Both the position numbers and the translations under genes were made by a program. 64,000 nucleotides of DNA from Octopus sinensis (taxonomy: Eukaryota), in the NCBI RefSeq assembly GCF_006345805.1, contig NC_043018.1, positions 11,470,001 through 11,534,000 on the forward strand, in the 5' to 3' direction. Below, in pieces: positions 25,891-38,540 of this stretch. Numbering within the stretch: position 1 is the stretch's first letter; each line of letters opens with the position of its first letter. Under the pieces are notes generated by a model. It did not search any database. It was not told the DNA's origin and was given only the letters and a program-made list of their open reading frames with translations.

Positions 25891-27040
25891 ATGCAAGAAG
25901 TTGACTTCTCATCCACATGTTTTGGGTTCAGTCCCTCTGTATAGCACCTTGGCAAGTGTCTTTTAGCTCTGGGTCAACCTATGTCTTGTAAGTGAATTTG
26001 CTATAGAAAAACTGTGTGATTGGTATGTCTGTGTTTTTGCACATATGTATGCACATACACATATCAGGCTACTGTCTACTCTACACCACTGGCCCCTTTG
26101 ACAGCTTATCACCTATTTGACACCCATACCACTGTCGACCATGCCCTTATCTCTCTTGTTCTTTCTCTTTGCACACTCGCTCCCCCCTCTTGGCAATCAC
26201 ACTGCAAAACATTGTAATTATGGCTAAAGATGACAATGGAATTCTCTCTCTCTTTCTGTTCTGTTTGTCACATAGTGCCAAGCATTACATTCTTTCCCCA
26301 CACCTATAAAGGTAAGGTAAAGTTTCCTTCTCAAGTCATACTGACTCATAAGGGCTGGTTTCCATGGCATATAAACTCCCCACCTAGATGGGATGCCAGT
26401 CAGTTGCAGGATTACTGATTTTTGCCAGCTGAGTGAGCTGGAGCAATGTGAAATGAAGTGTTTTGCTCAAGAACACGTATTGTCTGGTCCAAGAATTGAA
26501 ACCACAATCTTATTTTTATTCTTTTACTTGTTTCAGTCATTTGACTGCAGCCATACTGGAGCACCACCTTAAAGGGTTTTAGTCAAAGAAACCAACCCCA
26601 GGACTTATTCTTTGTAAGCCTAGTACTTATTGTATCGGTCTCTTTTGCCAAGCAATGGTGGGGGGACAAACACACACATACATAAATGTATACATATATA
26701 TTTATATATACATACATACGACGGGTTACTTTCAGTTTCTGTCTATCAAATCTACTCACATGGTCCGAGGGTATAGTAGAAGACACCTGCCCAAGGTGCC
26801 ATGCAGTGGAACAACTTCGAATCATGTGGTTGGGAAGCAAGCTTCTTACCACACATCCATGCCTGTATAGACACAAGAGTGGTTGTGTGGTAAGTAGCTT
26901 GCTTACCAACCACATGGTTCCGGGTTCAGTCCTACTGCATGGTACCTTGGGCAAGTATCTTCTACAATAGCATTGAGCCAACCAAAGCTTTGTGAGTGGA
27001 TTTGGTAGATGGAAACTGAAAGAAGCCCATCGTATATATG

Positions 27041-27105
<65 letters not shown>

Positions 27106-27243
27106 TTGTCCTCCCAACATCACTTGACAATTTGAACTCAGAATGTAAAGACAGACGAAATACTGCTAAGCAGTTCACCCAGCATGCTAACATTTCTGCC
27201 TGCTCTCCGCCTTTGAAATGTATAGTATTAAATATTCATCACA

Positions 27244-27332
27244 GCTGATCTTACCAATCGGTTTCGTGTAAAGAATACAATGGAATGTTAGATAACAATC
27301 CGATTATATAATTTATGCTCATCAGAGTTAGC
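27244..27332 (-). ncRNA. type I hammerhead ribozyme motif (Penelope-associated)
   Basis: CTGATGA, 53-nt stem II region, GAAA, CCGATTGG, TA; imperfect stems I and II. Confidence 0.6.
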
Positions 27333-27554
27333 CAACACGGGAGGGAATATAGCAACTGCTCTCTATTATCAGAGGTGGATTAACACAACCAGTCAGTGGC
27401 TGCTGTAAAAAAAGGAGGTGAAACAAAACAAGGGCCAGGGGATTGGGTTAGGTGTTGGGTATGCTGTGAAGCTGGAAACAGTTATCTTGAAGCAGGGAAG
27501 GTGTATTTTGTTAATGTGATGCTCCTGTGGGTGTGGGGTGTGTGATATGTGTAG

Positions 27555-27782
27555 TGGCGAGCTGGCAGAAACGTTAGCACGCCGGGCGAAATGCGTAGCC
27601 GTATTTCGTCTGCCGTTACGTTCAGAGTTCAAATCACGCCGAGGTCAACTTTGCCTTTCATCCTTTCGGGGTCGATAAATTAAGTACCAGTTAAGCACTG
27701 GGGTCGATGTAATCTACTTAATCCGTTTGTCTGTCCTTGTTTGTCTCCTCTATGTTGAGCCCCTTGTGGGTAATAAAGAAAC
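27555..27782 (+). mobile_element. tRNA-derived SINE, family C (minus copies ~24080-24240, 35985-36200, 38370-39858, 49160-49340)
   Basis: GGCGAGCTGGCAGAAACGTTAGC head, GAGTTCAAATC B box, conserved GCCTTTCATCCTTTCGGGGTCGATAAA core. Confidence 0.85.
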
Positions 27783-27912
27783 AGATATGTGTAGTGGTGT
27801 CAGAGGGATAATTTTTTCCAGGGGTGTAGGTATATATGCGTTCATTGATCTGTTTTCTTTCTGAAAAAGATATGGTCATGGGGTTTTTTCTATGTCAGTG
27901 TGCAGTGTATAA

Positions 27913-27944
<32 letters not shown>

Positions 27945-28155
27945 GGAGTATAATTTGTGTGCAGGAGTATGTGTTGGGGGGGGGAGACAGTCTATTTTGT
28001 GGGATGTCCACCTTATAGGGGTGTGCATGTGTGTATGTGGGTGCATTGATGTCTGCTTTGGCCAAACTCTTTTTGCTGAGCCGAAAGGCATTGGTGGAAG
28101 GTCATTGGCAAAAGGTCGTTGGTGGAGGGTTGAGGCAAGGGACCTGTGGTTGCAG

Positions 28156-28452
28156 TCATGATGGGGCACACAGGTACAATAGGATGTACCTCTTTTCATG
28201 CAGGCAAGGATTAAACACCTCACTCCTGCTATTCAGATAGACATCCGGGCATTGGGTCCCTTTTAAAATTGCTCTCTTCTCAGCCAGGCATAATTTGCAC
28301 TTCCTGCTGTTATTCAAGTATGGTTTGCCTTTTTCTAGGCTCTTCCACTTTATGCTGTACTCTGTAGCACTTTCTTTCAAAGCCCAGACATGCTTGGTTA
28401 GAGTTGTGGCATTACATCTCTCTGAGATGTTGAGGGAGGACTTGTGGTTATA
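28156..28452 (-). mobile_element. Penelope-like GIY-YIG endonuclease C-terminal fragment
   Basis: HKSSL...TTLTKHVWALK...IKWK...PY...KCKLCLAEK...LNSRSEVFNPCLH. Confidence 0.85.
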
Positions 28453-28743
28453 ACATACAAACATATATACATATACAGATATATGCATATACAGATATGT
28501 AGATACACACACACATATATCACATGGCTTTTTTCAAACAGTGGGCCAGTCCATCAGGCAGTCTGCCAGCCAATACTAATATAACGTAATTACTATAAAA
28601 ATTCAATCCTCTACAGTTACATCACTTGCTAAGTCAAATCATTTTTTGTAGCAGCTAAACCTTTTTTTTTTATTTTTCTTTTTTTTTTTGTAATAGGTAG
28701 AGATTACTGAAGATGTGAAAATTAAGAACAAACATAGAATTAC

Positions 28744-28856
28744 CATCTGCAGAGTTTGAGCAGGAATTTGAAGCGTCCAAGTTGATCCCAAGATGTTTCA
28801 GAAAACTGCTATAATCCAAATCACCTCCATAATATGAAGTTTCACTCTGACACAAT
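28744..28856 (-). CDS. EFCAB6: EFCAB6-like exon
   Basis: CAG acceptor, GTAATT donor; 113 nt, phase 2-1; LCQSETSYYGGDLDYSSFLKHLGINLDASNSCSNSAD. Confidence 0.9.
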
Positions 28857-29096
28857 CTGGAAATCAAATAATTTATCTTTTATCTTCTACTTGTTTCAGT
28901 TGTGAGACTGTGGCCATACTGGGGCACTCCTGGAAGAGTTTTTTTAGTCAAATGAATCAACCCGGGTACTTTTTATTTTTTGTTTGCCAAACCATTACGT
29001 CATGGTGATGTAACCACACCAATACCAGTTGTCAAGCAGAAATGGGGGGGAGGACAAACACATACATACACACATGTGTGTCTGTGTCTCTGTGTG

Positions 29097-29152
<56 letters not shown>

Positions 29153-29163
29153 AATTTTTTGCA

Positions 29164-29251
29164 TAATGAGATAAAAAAACCAAGGCTGTGTAGATATTAG
29201 AACATTTAAATGTTCTAATATCTACACAGCCTTGGTTTTTTTATCTCATTA
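29164..29251. repeat. perfect 88-bp palindrome
   Basis: TAATGAGATAAAAAAACCAAGGCTGTGTAGATATTAGAACATTT followed directly by its exact reverse complement. Confidence 0.97.
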
Positions 29252-29395
29252 CACACACGCTGACATATGACCAACGTTGAACCCCTTATTTGTAAAATCA
29301 CCGAACCTGGAACTTAACTATAGTCTGTCTACAGCACTTATCTAGCATTACCTGACACACCTTTGGGTCTCAATGACATCATTACCTCTTATATA

Positions 29396-29426
<31 letters not shown>

Positions 29427-29428
29427 CC

Positions 29429-29926
29429 ATGAAAAGTCTCCTTACACAAGCCCGAATTCACTCTTCAACACAGAAGCCGACAGTAAAAAAATGTGGAAGA
29501 CCCAATTGCGGGATATGCGACTATCTTATTGAGGGATCAGAGTTCTCCTTCAAACAGGGACAACGGTTTACAGTGAAAAGCAACTTCACATGTGCTTCGG
29601 AGAACCTAATATACTCACTAACCTGCTCCAGGTGTCAAGAGCAGTACATAGGCCAAACAAAAAATGGTTTGCGTAAACGAATGGCCCTGCACAGATCCCA
29701 GATAAAAATTCCCCAAAACAGAAAAATAGCTTTTAGCCAACACATAGATACTTGCGCCAACAAAAAAACACCAAACTTCAGAATTTTCCCCCTCTACCAA
29801 TTTAGGGACGATACAACCTCGAGACAACGAATAAGTAAAGAAAATCTCTTTATTACAAAATACAAGCCACTTCTTGTTAGAATAAAAGAAAAATATATAT
29901 ACACACACAAATATTACACTCCATAG
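29429..29926 (+). mobile_element. Penelope-like element: C/H linker and GIY-YIG endonuclease fragment
   Basis: KCGRPNCGICDY...FTCASENLIYSLTCSRCQEQYIGQT...LRKRMALHRSQI...RISKENLFI, uninterrupted. Confidence 0.9.
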
Positions 29927-30572
29927 AATCCATTACTAATCAGCCCCTTCATAGCTATATTTACACCCATTCATATTCTCCCTTCTCTGTTTTTTTCTTC
30001 TTCTTCTTCTTCCTCTTCTTCTTCATCATCATCATTATCATCATCATCGTCGTCATCATCATCACCACCATCATCACCACCATCTTCTCCTTCTCCTCCT
30101 TCTTCTTCTTCTTCTTCTTCATCATCATCATTATCATCATCATCTTCGTCATAATCATCACCACCATCACCATCATCGTCATCTTCTCCTTCTCCTTCTT
30201 CTCCTTCTTCTTCTTCTTCTACTTCTCCACCCCCTACCCCTTAACTTTGTCACTAATGTTTTTTTAGTATAACACCTACGCTAATTCTATAAACAAGCCT
30301 GTCAATATAAATATTCTCCTGAATTGAACTGAGACTGCCAGCCGCCACTGACCATTCAAAATACGACCATCAGGGCACTCCCAGATTCTCCCACCCCCCT
30401 TTCCTCACCAGCCCTCTTCCTCTACTACCCTACCAAGAAACCTCGAACACACAAGTGCAAACAAGGGAGTCAGAGAAAGGCAGAATGCCACTTATATCTG
30501 AACACTACTATAGAAATATTCCTTTAAAAAAACTTTTCTTCTAATTTTTCTAAATTTAATTATTTAATCGTT

Positions 30573-30611
30573 ACAGTTGAAAAGGTCTCAAAATGACCGA
30601 AACCGGTACTG
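30573..30611 (+). ncRNA. minimal type I hammerhead motif with U3/A8 core variant
   Basis: CAG-TTGAAAA-GGTC tcaaaat GACC-GAAA-CCGG-TA-CTG; stems I and II perfectly paired, palindromic stem III. Confidence 0.7.
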
Positions 30612-31726
30612 AAATGTTCACTATAAAATTATTTTAGCATTTTCTATTTTTGACTTGTTTTTTCATATATATATATATATATATACATATATACATATAC
30701 ATATATATATACATATACATATACATATATATAATGTAATTTAGATTCAGTTAAATAAGGTACTTAAATTGAGGCACCTTGTTAGGACGAACTTATTTGC
30801 ACACAGGTGAGTATCAAACTCTAGACAGAATTTTTTCCACTCAATATCCATGCACTGTATGCAGGTGGCACAATCCAACTTAGTGAATAAATCTGCTCTT
30901 GTCTGTTAAAACATGTACTTTATATAAAGATATTTTCCAAATACTTCTGAAGTGCAGATTCCAGGGTAGGTGAGTAAAATATAAATGAGTAACAAAGACG
31001 TATAAGTGTCAATTCATTACAGCCATTTTGAGTGATTTCTTTAATTGATCAACGAAAGCATTACATCTTTACAAAGAAAACCGTTCTCATCAGATGATCA
31101 CAGACTTCAAGCATAAAGGACAAGTTAGAAAAATTTAGCAAATTTCTGCCAAAATATTTAGCAGAGGAATCATTGTAAATATTTTCTCTCTATTGATGAA
31201 TGTGTTTGAATATCTAACTTGTCCTTTATGCTTGAAGTCTATGCGGTCATCTATGTGTGTAGCATCTGTAATCCAAGTGTTGTGTCTCTTCTATGCATTG
31301 ATTATACCTTAACTGAGCTTCTATGTTCTAATTGAGCATGTTGGTAGAGTATTGGCGAGCTTTTCTCCTCTTTGAGTTTCCGCCAGTGTTTGCCAATCTT
31401 CTCCCCCATACAACATGCCATCACATCAATGTAAGTTATCTTGTTTCTGCAAGATTCTGAACCAGAGAGCCATAATGACAAAATTATTTCTTAAATCCTT
31501 CCTTTTTTTTCAAAATTAACAGAAGGAAAAGCAGCATATTTCAACATAAATATGATGACCATGTTATAGCCTTCTGGTCAAGAAAAACCTTTTCTGGGTT
31601 CATCACACATGAACCTAGGCATATAGAATCATCCATATAATTTAGATATATCATTACTTAAGGCTCGTTAATTTGTGATTGTGCTTTCTTTTAATGTCAA
31701 AGATAAATGGATAAAAAAAGACTTAC

Positions 31727-31863
31727 TTATCAAACTGTCGGTCACTTAATCGGCAGCAGTATTTATCCAAGATTTTTCGAAAATTATTCCATCGAATTTT
31801 CCCATCAAGGTTGTAATCAAACATATGAAACTGCTTTAGAATACCTTGCACATCTTGTCTTAC
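31727..31863 (-). CDS. EFCAB6: EFCAB6-like exon (EF-hand)
   Basis: CAG acceptor, GTAAGT donor; 137 nt, phase 0-2; VRQDVQGILKQFHMFDYNLDGKIRWNNFRKILDKYCCRLSDRQFD with a DxNxDGxI loop. Confidence 0.92.
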
Positions 31864-33017
31864 CTGGACAGAAGAAAGTGTTTAGTATTAGATGACAAAT
31901 ATTTTATACCAACCACCAACAACATCAGGGAAAATAATCCTCCACCACCAACAACACTACAACCACCACTGTCACTATAGTGAATATTATCACTATCAAT
32001 AACACTATCAACATCATCACAACCACCAACACCATAACATCATCTTCATCATCATCATCATCATCATTTAATATCCGCTTTCCATGCTGGCATGGTTTAG
32101 ACAGTTTGATTGAAACTAGTAACCTGGAGAGCTGCACCAGGTTCCAATCTGATTTGGCAGGGTTTCTACGGCTGGATGCCTTTCCTAATGCCAACTACTC
32201 CAAGAGTGTAATGGGTGCTTTTTACATGCCACTGGCACAGGTGCCAGTTATGTGGCACAGGCATTGGCCACAACTATGATTTCAGTCAGCTTGACGAGTG
32301 ATCTCAAGCACAGCATATCATCAAAAGGTCTCGGTCACCTACGAGGTGGCCCAATGTTCAAAGATCATGCTTCAGCACTTTGTCCCATGTCTTCCTGGGT
32401 CCACCTCTTTCACAGGTTCCCTCCACAGTTAGAGATCTGCACTTTTTCACACACCTGTCCTTGTCCATCCACCAACAAAACTACCAACATAACTCCCAGC
32501 ACCATCATTACTACTACTATCCTCCATAAACTAGTAACACACCATCACCAACAGTTGCAATTACCACAACCAGAACAATGACCACCATAACCACAACAAC
32601 CATCACCATAACCAGAACAACTATCAAGAACTGCAACAACCATCATCATCAACAATATTTGTCAATTGCAATCACCCACCACCACCACCACCATCACCAC
32701 AAACAATAACAGAAATATCGTTAAGAACTTCAGTCCTCACCACCAAGAAACACAGCCTCCACCCTGGCCAGCTGGTTCCATTTTCTCATAGAATTGGTAT
32801 TATTGGCTTAAAAAAAGTTGAATATTTTAGCAATACCAAATGTTGCCTTAACTGTAAAATGCATACCAAGGAGAGAGGCACAGTTCACTGTTGTAGGTTA
32901 TAAACAAACTGTACCACTGGTAAGCATTTCATTGGTTAATTAGAACTGACTTCAATTTCAAACATTTAACATATAATTGCATGTGTGTGTGTGTGCATGT
33001 GTGCATGTGTCTATACA

Positions 33018-33460
33018 CAGGATGTTTGGGCTAAAGTTGACAGTTTGCAAAAGAGGAAAACAAAAACAATATCTCATGTGGAAATAAAAATATTTTAAAT
33101 GATCAAAAAAAAAAAAACTACATTATGGCTGGGAGATAACAGTTTATTCAAAGTCACTACACTCAGCTTCTACCATGGCCTCAAGATAGCTCCAGAATAT
33201 GGTGCATGCATTTCCCACTGTGTCCCTGGGAAGATCCTCAAACACCTCCTTGATCTTGGTCACTAATTCAACCTTGGTTTTGCAGGCAGAGCAGTTGATG
33301 TCTTTCTCAACTGTTCTACACATAATAATCCATGAGACTACAATTAATGGAATTAGGAGACCAGGAATTGGGGCTGGTGAAGTTGTAATTCTTCTCTGAC
33401 AACCACTTCTGACTCTTTCCAGAGGTATGGCAAGGAGCTGAATCCTACTGCCACACATAT
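33018..33460 (-). mobile_element. Tc1/IS630-like transposase C-terminal remnant
   Basis: VEKDIN...KTKVELVTKIKEVFEDLPRDTVGNACTIFWSYLEAMVEA, plus a TIR-like end at ~33018. Confidence 0.65.
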
Positions 33461-33587
33461 GGAACCTGGTACAGCCCCCCGGCTTACCAGTTTTCCGTCA
33501 AAGTGTCCAACCCATGCCAGTATGGAAAGCAGATATTAAATGATTATGACGATGAAGATGATTATGATGATATCTACCTATCTACCT

Positions 33588-33690
<103 letters not shown>

Positions 33691-33734
33691 AAATGAAAGA
33701 ATGGAGTCGAACGACGATTAACAAAATTCCTTTA

Positions 33735-33817
33735 TTCTCGACATATGTTTTGAAGACTGCATATTCTTAATTCCGAAGGAATAAAGGGTGCATTATGCCG
33801 TCTTCTCATCAGGAAAG
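33735..33817 (-). ncRNA. hammerhead motif with G12A lesion
   Basis: TTTC-CTGATGA-GAAGAC...GTCTTC-AAAA-CATATG-TC-GAGA. Confidence 0.6.
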
Positions 33818-34507
33818 ACAAGGAACTTATGTCAGCATCATGATGAACAAAAACTTTTAGATGACTGCCCACACGGAGTCCATAGTGATAATGAGTGTTT
33901 CTTTAAAATATTCCGTTATAAGCAGTGACGTCAAAAATGGTTGGATGGATAAGATTCTAAAAAGTTCAAGAGTTCAAAAATATATACACATATAAATTTG
34001 ACATGGGCAATTCTTTCTTGTCTTGAGATTCACAGTCAAATTGCTGGGTGGAATTGCACAAAAAATTACACAGATGTATAGAATAAGCCGGTAGTGATGC
34101 TGGGCTTTGTATTTTTTCATAGCTCCCTTGGTTACCGAGATAATCTACTATAATAATATTCTTGTGTTTATGAATAAGGAAGGAAGGGTGAGCGTTTCAA
34201 CTCTGTGTGAATATATGTGTGTGTGTGCAATGGAAGTGAGATGGTTCATCTTTGTTCGTTTAGTATTTGGGTTTATTTTTTGATTTGGTTGAATCTTGGC
34301 TGGGTTTTTTTCTTTTTTGGTCAGTTATTTTTAGCGTTTTAACAGAAAAAAGTCATTCTAAAATTGTTTTTTAATGTAAGCATGCCCAAACAAGTTGAAT
34401 GCTTACACAGAACAGGTTTTACAGCCACATCATCCAAACCGACTGGGTGAAACAGGGCTTAGCTGCTAGTATATATATATATATATATAAATATATGTGT
34501 GTGTGTG

Positions 34508-34538
<31 letters not shown>

Positions 34539-35047
34539 AATATATATATGTATATATATGTGTGTGTGTGTATATATATATGTGTGTGTGTGTGTGTATA
34601 TACACACATACATGTATATGTATGTAGTATGTATATATATATGTATATATCTGTGTGAATGCGTGTATGTGTCTGTGTTTGTCCACCCATCACTGCTTGA
34701 CAACTGGTGTTTGTGTGTTTACATCCCTGTAACTTAATGGTTCAGTAAAAGAGCCTGATAGAATAAGTGCTAGGTTTTAAAAACATTAAGTCCTGGGGTT
34801 GATTTGTTCAACTAAAACCTTTCAAGGTGGTGCACCAGCATGGCCACAGTCAACTGACTGAAATAGTTAAAAAGGATAAAAAGAATGTCTTGCACCGTGC
34901 CCTAAAATGATTGTGGTGCTGGTGGTGGTGGTGGTGGTGGTGGTGGTGGTGGTGGTGGTGGTTGTAGTAATGTTTGCTAATGATGATCAATAAGAGTATA
35001 ACGATGGGACATGGGGAGAAAGATCAATGACGTAAAGATTAACTCAC

Positions 35048-35120
35048 TTTTTCTTGAATAACACCTTTGATTTCTTTCACTGATGCTGTGTCAGGGATGC
35101 TAGCAATGGCTAGTCGAGAG
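35048..35120 (-). CDS. EFCAB6: EFCAB6-like exon
   Basis: TTTTTTACAG acceptor, GTGAGT donor; 73 nt, phase 2-0; SRLAIASIPDTASVKEIKGVIQEK. Confidence 0.85.
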
Positions 35121-35195
35121 CTGTAAAAAATCAAATAATACAGAATTAAATACTAGATAACATACACACACACGTACACACTTATATATATACAT

Positions 35196-35340
35196 TTTAT
35201 TAAAGCCAAAATAATTTTCACAAACTCCTACTCAGAGTTTCATGTTACTGTTCATCAGACAGCATGATTAAAACTGCCTGAGGAACAGTAAAGTGAAACT
35301 CTGAGTAACAGTTTGTGAAGAGTTTTCGGCTTTAATGAAA
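35196..35340. repeat. imperfect palindrome made of two divergent hammerhead motifs
   Basis: plus: CTGAGGA-ACAGTAAAGT-GAAA-CTCTGAG-TA (35278-35307); minus: CTGATGA-ACAGTAACAT-GAAA-CTCTGAG-TA (35258-35229). Confidence 0.7.
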
Positions 35341-37051
35341 AGCATATTACTCTACCTTTGGTATTCAAGTAATATTTTTTCCACATTGTTTTGCATTTAT
35401 ATGCTTACTTGTATGCATGTATGTATGTACGCATGCATGTATGAGTGTGCATGCATGTATGAATGTATGTATGTATGTATGTATGTGTGTGTGTGTGTGT
35501 GTTCATGAGCGTATATGTATTTATTCTTTTACTTCTTTTAGTCATTTGACTGCAGCCATGCTGGAGCACTGCCTTAAGTTAAAGAAATGGACCCCAGGAC
35601 TTACTCTTTGTAAGCCTAGTACTTATTCCATTGGCTTTTTTTTGCCAAACCACTAAGTTACAGGGATGTAAACACACCAACATCAGTTGTCAAGTGATGG
35701 TGTTGGGGAGGGGGGACGAACACAGACACACACATAAATATATACATATCATCATCATAATTTAACGCCCATCCACTACTGTTCCTCATCCCTCCACCTC
35801 CACCAAAGACTATTCCCAGCCACCAAATCCTGCTCCATACACATTTCCAACAACCTCCTTCCAATCTCATTCTGACCAAGAACTCCATATTTTCCTCCTA
35901 CATTTTTTACTTCCTCATTTCCCACTCGCGCATTCAAATCACCCAACACCACCACATAATCATTTTCCCCATCCTATCCTATTTCTTTACTACCCACAAG
36001 GGGCTAAACACAGAGGGGACAAACAAGGACAGACAAATGGATTAAGTCGATTATATCGACCCCAGTGCGTAACTGGTACTTAATTTATCGACCCCAAAAG
36101 GATGAAAGACAAAGTCGACCTCGGCTGAATTTGAACTCAGAACATAGTGGCAGACGAAATACTGCTAAGCATTTTGCCCAATGTGCTAACGTTTCTGCCA
36201 TTCCCATCCTATCCACACACTCAGTCAGTTCCTTCCAGAACTCCCCTACTTCGTCCTCACTCCTTTCACTCCCTGGACCATCTCTCCACCATCCCGCCTT
36301 AACCTTGAAGACACTTCCTTCCCCTCCACCACACCCTCCTTCACATGCTCACTCACCAGCAATGCCACTTCCTCATGAGCCCCTCCGACCCACCATCGAC
36401 ACTTGTCCAGTCACATCCCCAAATTTGGTACTTGCCGTTTACCCGATACCTTTTGGGTCTTCCTGACACCAATACCTTTCATACCCAATACATATAGATA
36501 TCATGTGATCACGTGACCAACCAGTCTATCAGATGTTGCTACACATCGCTGGTCACAATGCGCTTTGCATTGTATTTTAGCCTTCAAATGACACCACCCC
36601 ACTGGCTAAGCAATATATAGATATATATATAAATATAAAAGAGTAAAGACCTCCTTCAATCATGAATGCCCATGGGATTGCATTTAGAAAGTTACTTCGA
36701 AGGCACAAATCCAAACAAGGTTGTTTATGGAAGACCAGCAGTCAGCCATGCATGCCAGCCTCCACTCTCCATGTCACTGATGTTATCCAAGGGAAAGTCA
36801 AAGGCCAATATAGTTTGGCACCAGTGACATTGCAACTTGCTTCTACAGATAAGTGAACTGGAGTAACATGAAATAAGTGTCTTGCTCAAGAACACAACGC
36901 ACAGCCAAGCCTGGGATTCAAACTCACTATCTCATGATTGTGAGCCCGATGCTCTACCCACTGTGACATGCACCTTCATAATGGTAGCCTGGTTAACATA
37001 CAAAATAGAGAATATTTATCCATCAATGTAGTGTTGGGCACTCATTCACAC

Positions 37052-37109
<58 letters not shown>

Positions 37110-38540
37110 CATCATCATCATTATTATTATTATTATCATCATCATCATTATCATTATTATTATTATATATATATATACACACATCCACATAATTACATTC
37201 ACACATAGAACTACAAATTCTCAAATACTCACACACACACATCCTGAAAAAAAGTAGTTAATACCAAATATCAAACAATCCAGTGGAACATTACAAAACA
37301 GTGGAAGCTTTTCTTTATAATTTATGTATTTGTTTAGATATTATCATCAGAGAGAAACCAACTTGGAGAGATTCTGCCATACAATGGCTTGTAATTCTTG
37401 GAATATCCTTCCATATGGAATCAATGATATCAACATATATTATCACATCCATTTTCTCTATTTCTGTCGGCTGAAGAAACTGAATGCAGTTCTCTCATGC
37501 ACCATTGATACTGACTTCTATGAGTGTGCTTCCATTTGCATCAAAAAGAAGAAAAAAAATCTTCCAAGAATTCTTTTATCGATGATGATGCCTCAGCACC
37601 ACCATCACAATAACTGCCACCAAAACTACCACCATCACATTCACCACAACCATAACCACCACCATCACCATAACTGCCACCATCACTATAACAATTGCTG
37701 CCACCACTACCACCACCACAATCATCACAACTACCACCATCACCACCAGCATCAGCACCATATTCACCACAACCACTGCCATCATCAGAACTACCATCAC
37801 CATCATCACCACCACTACCACTACTACCATCACCATAACCACTGATGCCACCACAACCACCACCACCACCCCAACTACACCATCACCAGTACCACATTCA
37901 CCACAACCATAACCACCACCAGGAAATATCTGATCACATCCACCCATGATCAATGGCATTCCAACCGTGAGCATATGATCCTGCTTTTTGGAGACTTTGG
38001 TTTTTTTTTTTATTTTACTGCAGCATAGTTTATCAAGGAATCCATTATCCAAAATGTCCTTCAGCAGTTTGTGTAATATGAGGGAGATCTGCCTGTTGTT
38101 TATAGCAGGTCATAATAAGAAGGAGCATCACAGCCAAAGGGTTAAAAAGTTATTTAATACATAACTGAATGGTCAAGGAGTTAAATTTGCAATCACAAGG
38201 TTCCAGGTTCAATCGTGCTGCATGGCATCTTGGGCAAGGGTTTTTACTACAGCCTCACTTAGGTACAATTAATAAGTCTCACTTAATTATATTCTACTAA
38301 TGAATTAAATCTCGGTTTCTACTGGTAAGTCTCAGCGTACATTGCTGATGAGTTTCATCTGAGTGAGCATTAATAATCCTTTCTACTAAAGGCACAAGGC
38401 CTGAAAAATTTGAGGGGAGGGGACTAGTTAATTACATTGACCCCAGTGTTTCATTGGTCCTTAATTTATCGACCCCAAAAGAATGAAAAACAAAGTCGAC
38501 CTCAGCAGAATTTCAAGTCAGAATATGAAGTCATGAAATA

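Noticed and set aside
37363-37470. possible extra exon (PTEIEKMDVII...)
   Set aside because: The only open frame is phase 0-0, incompatible with the phase-2 intron it sits in; the flanking exons already join in frame.
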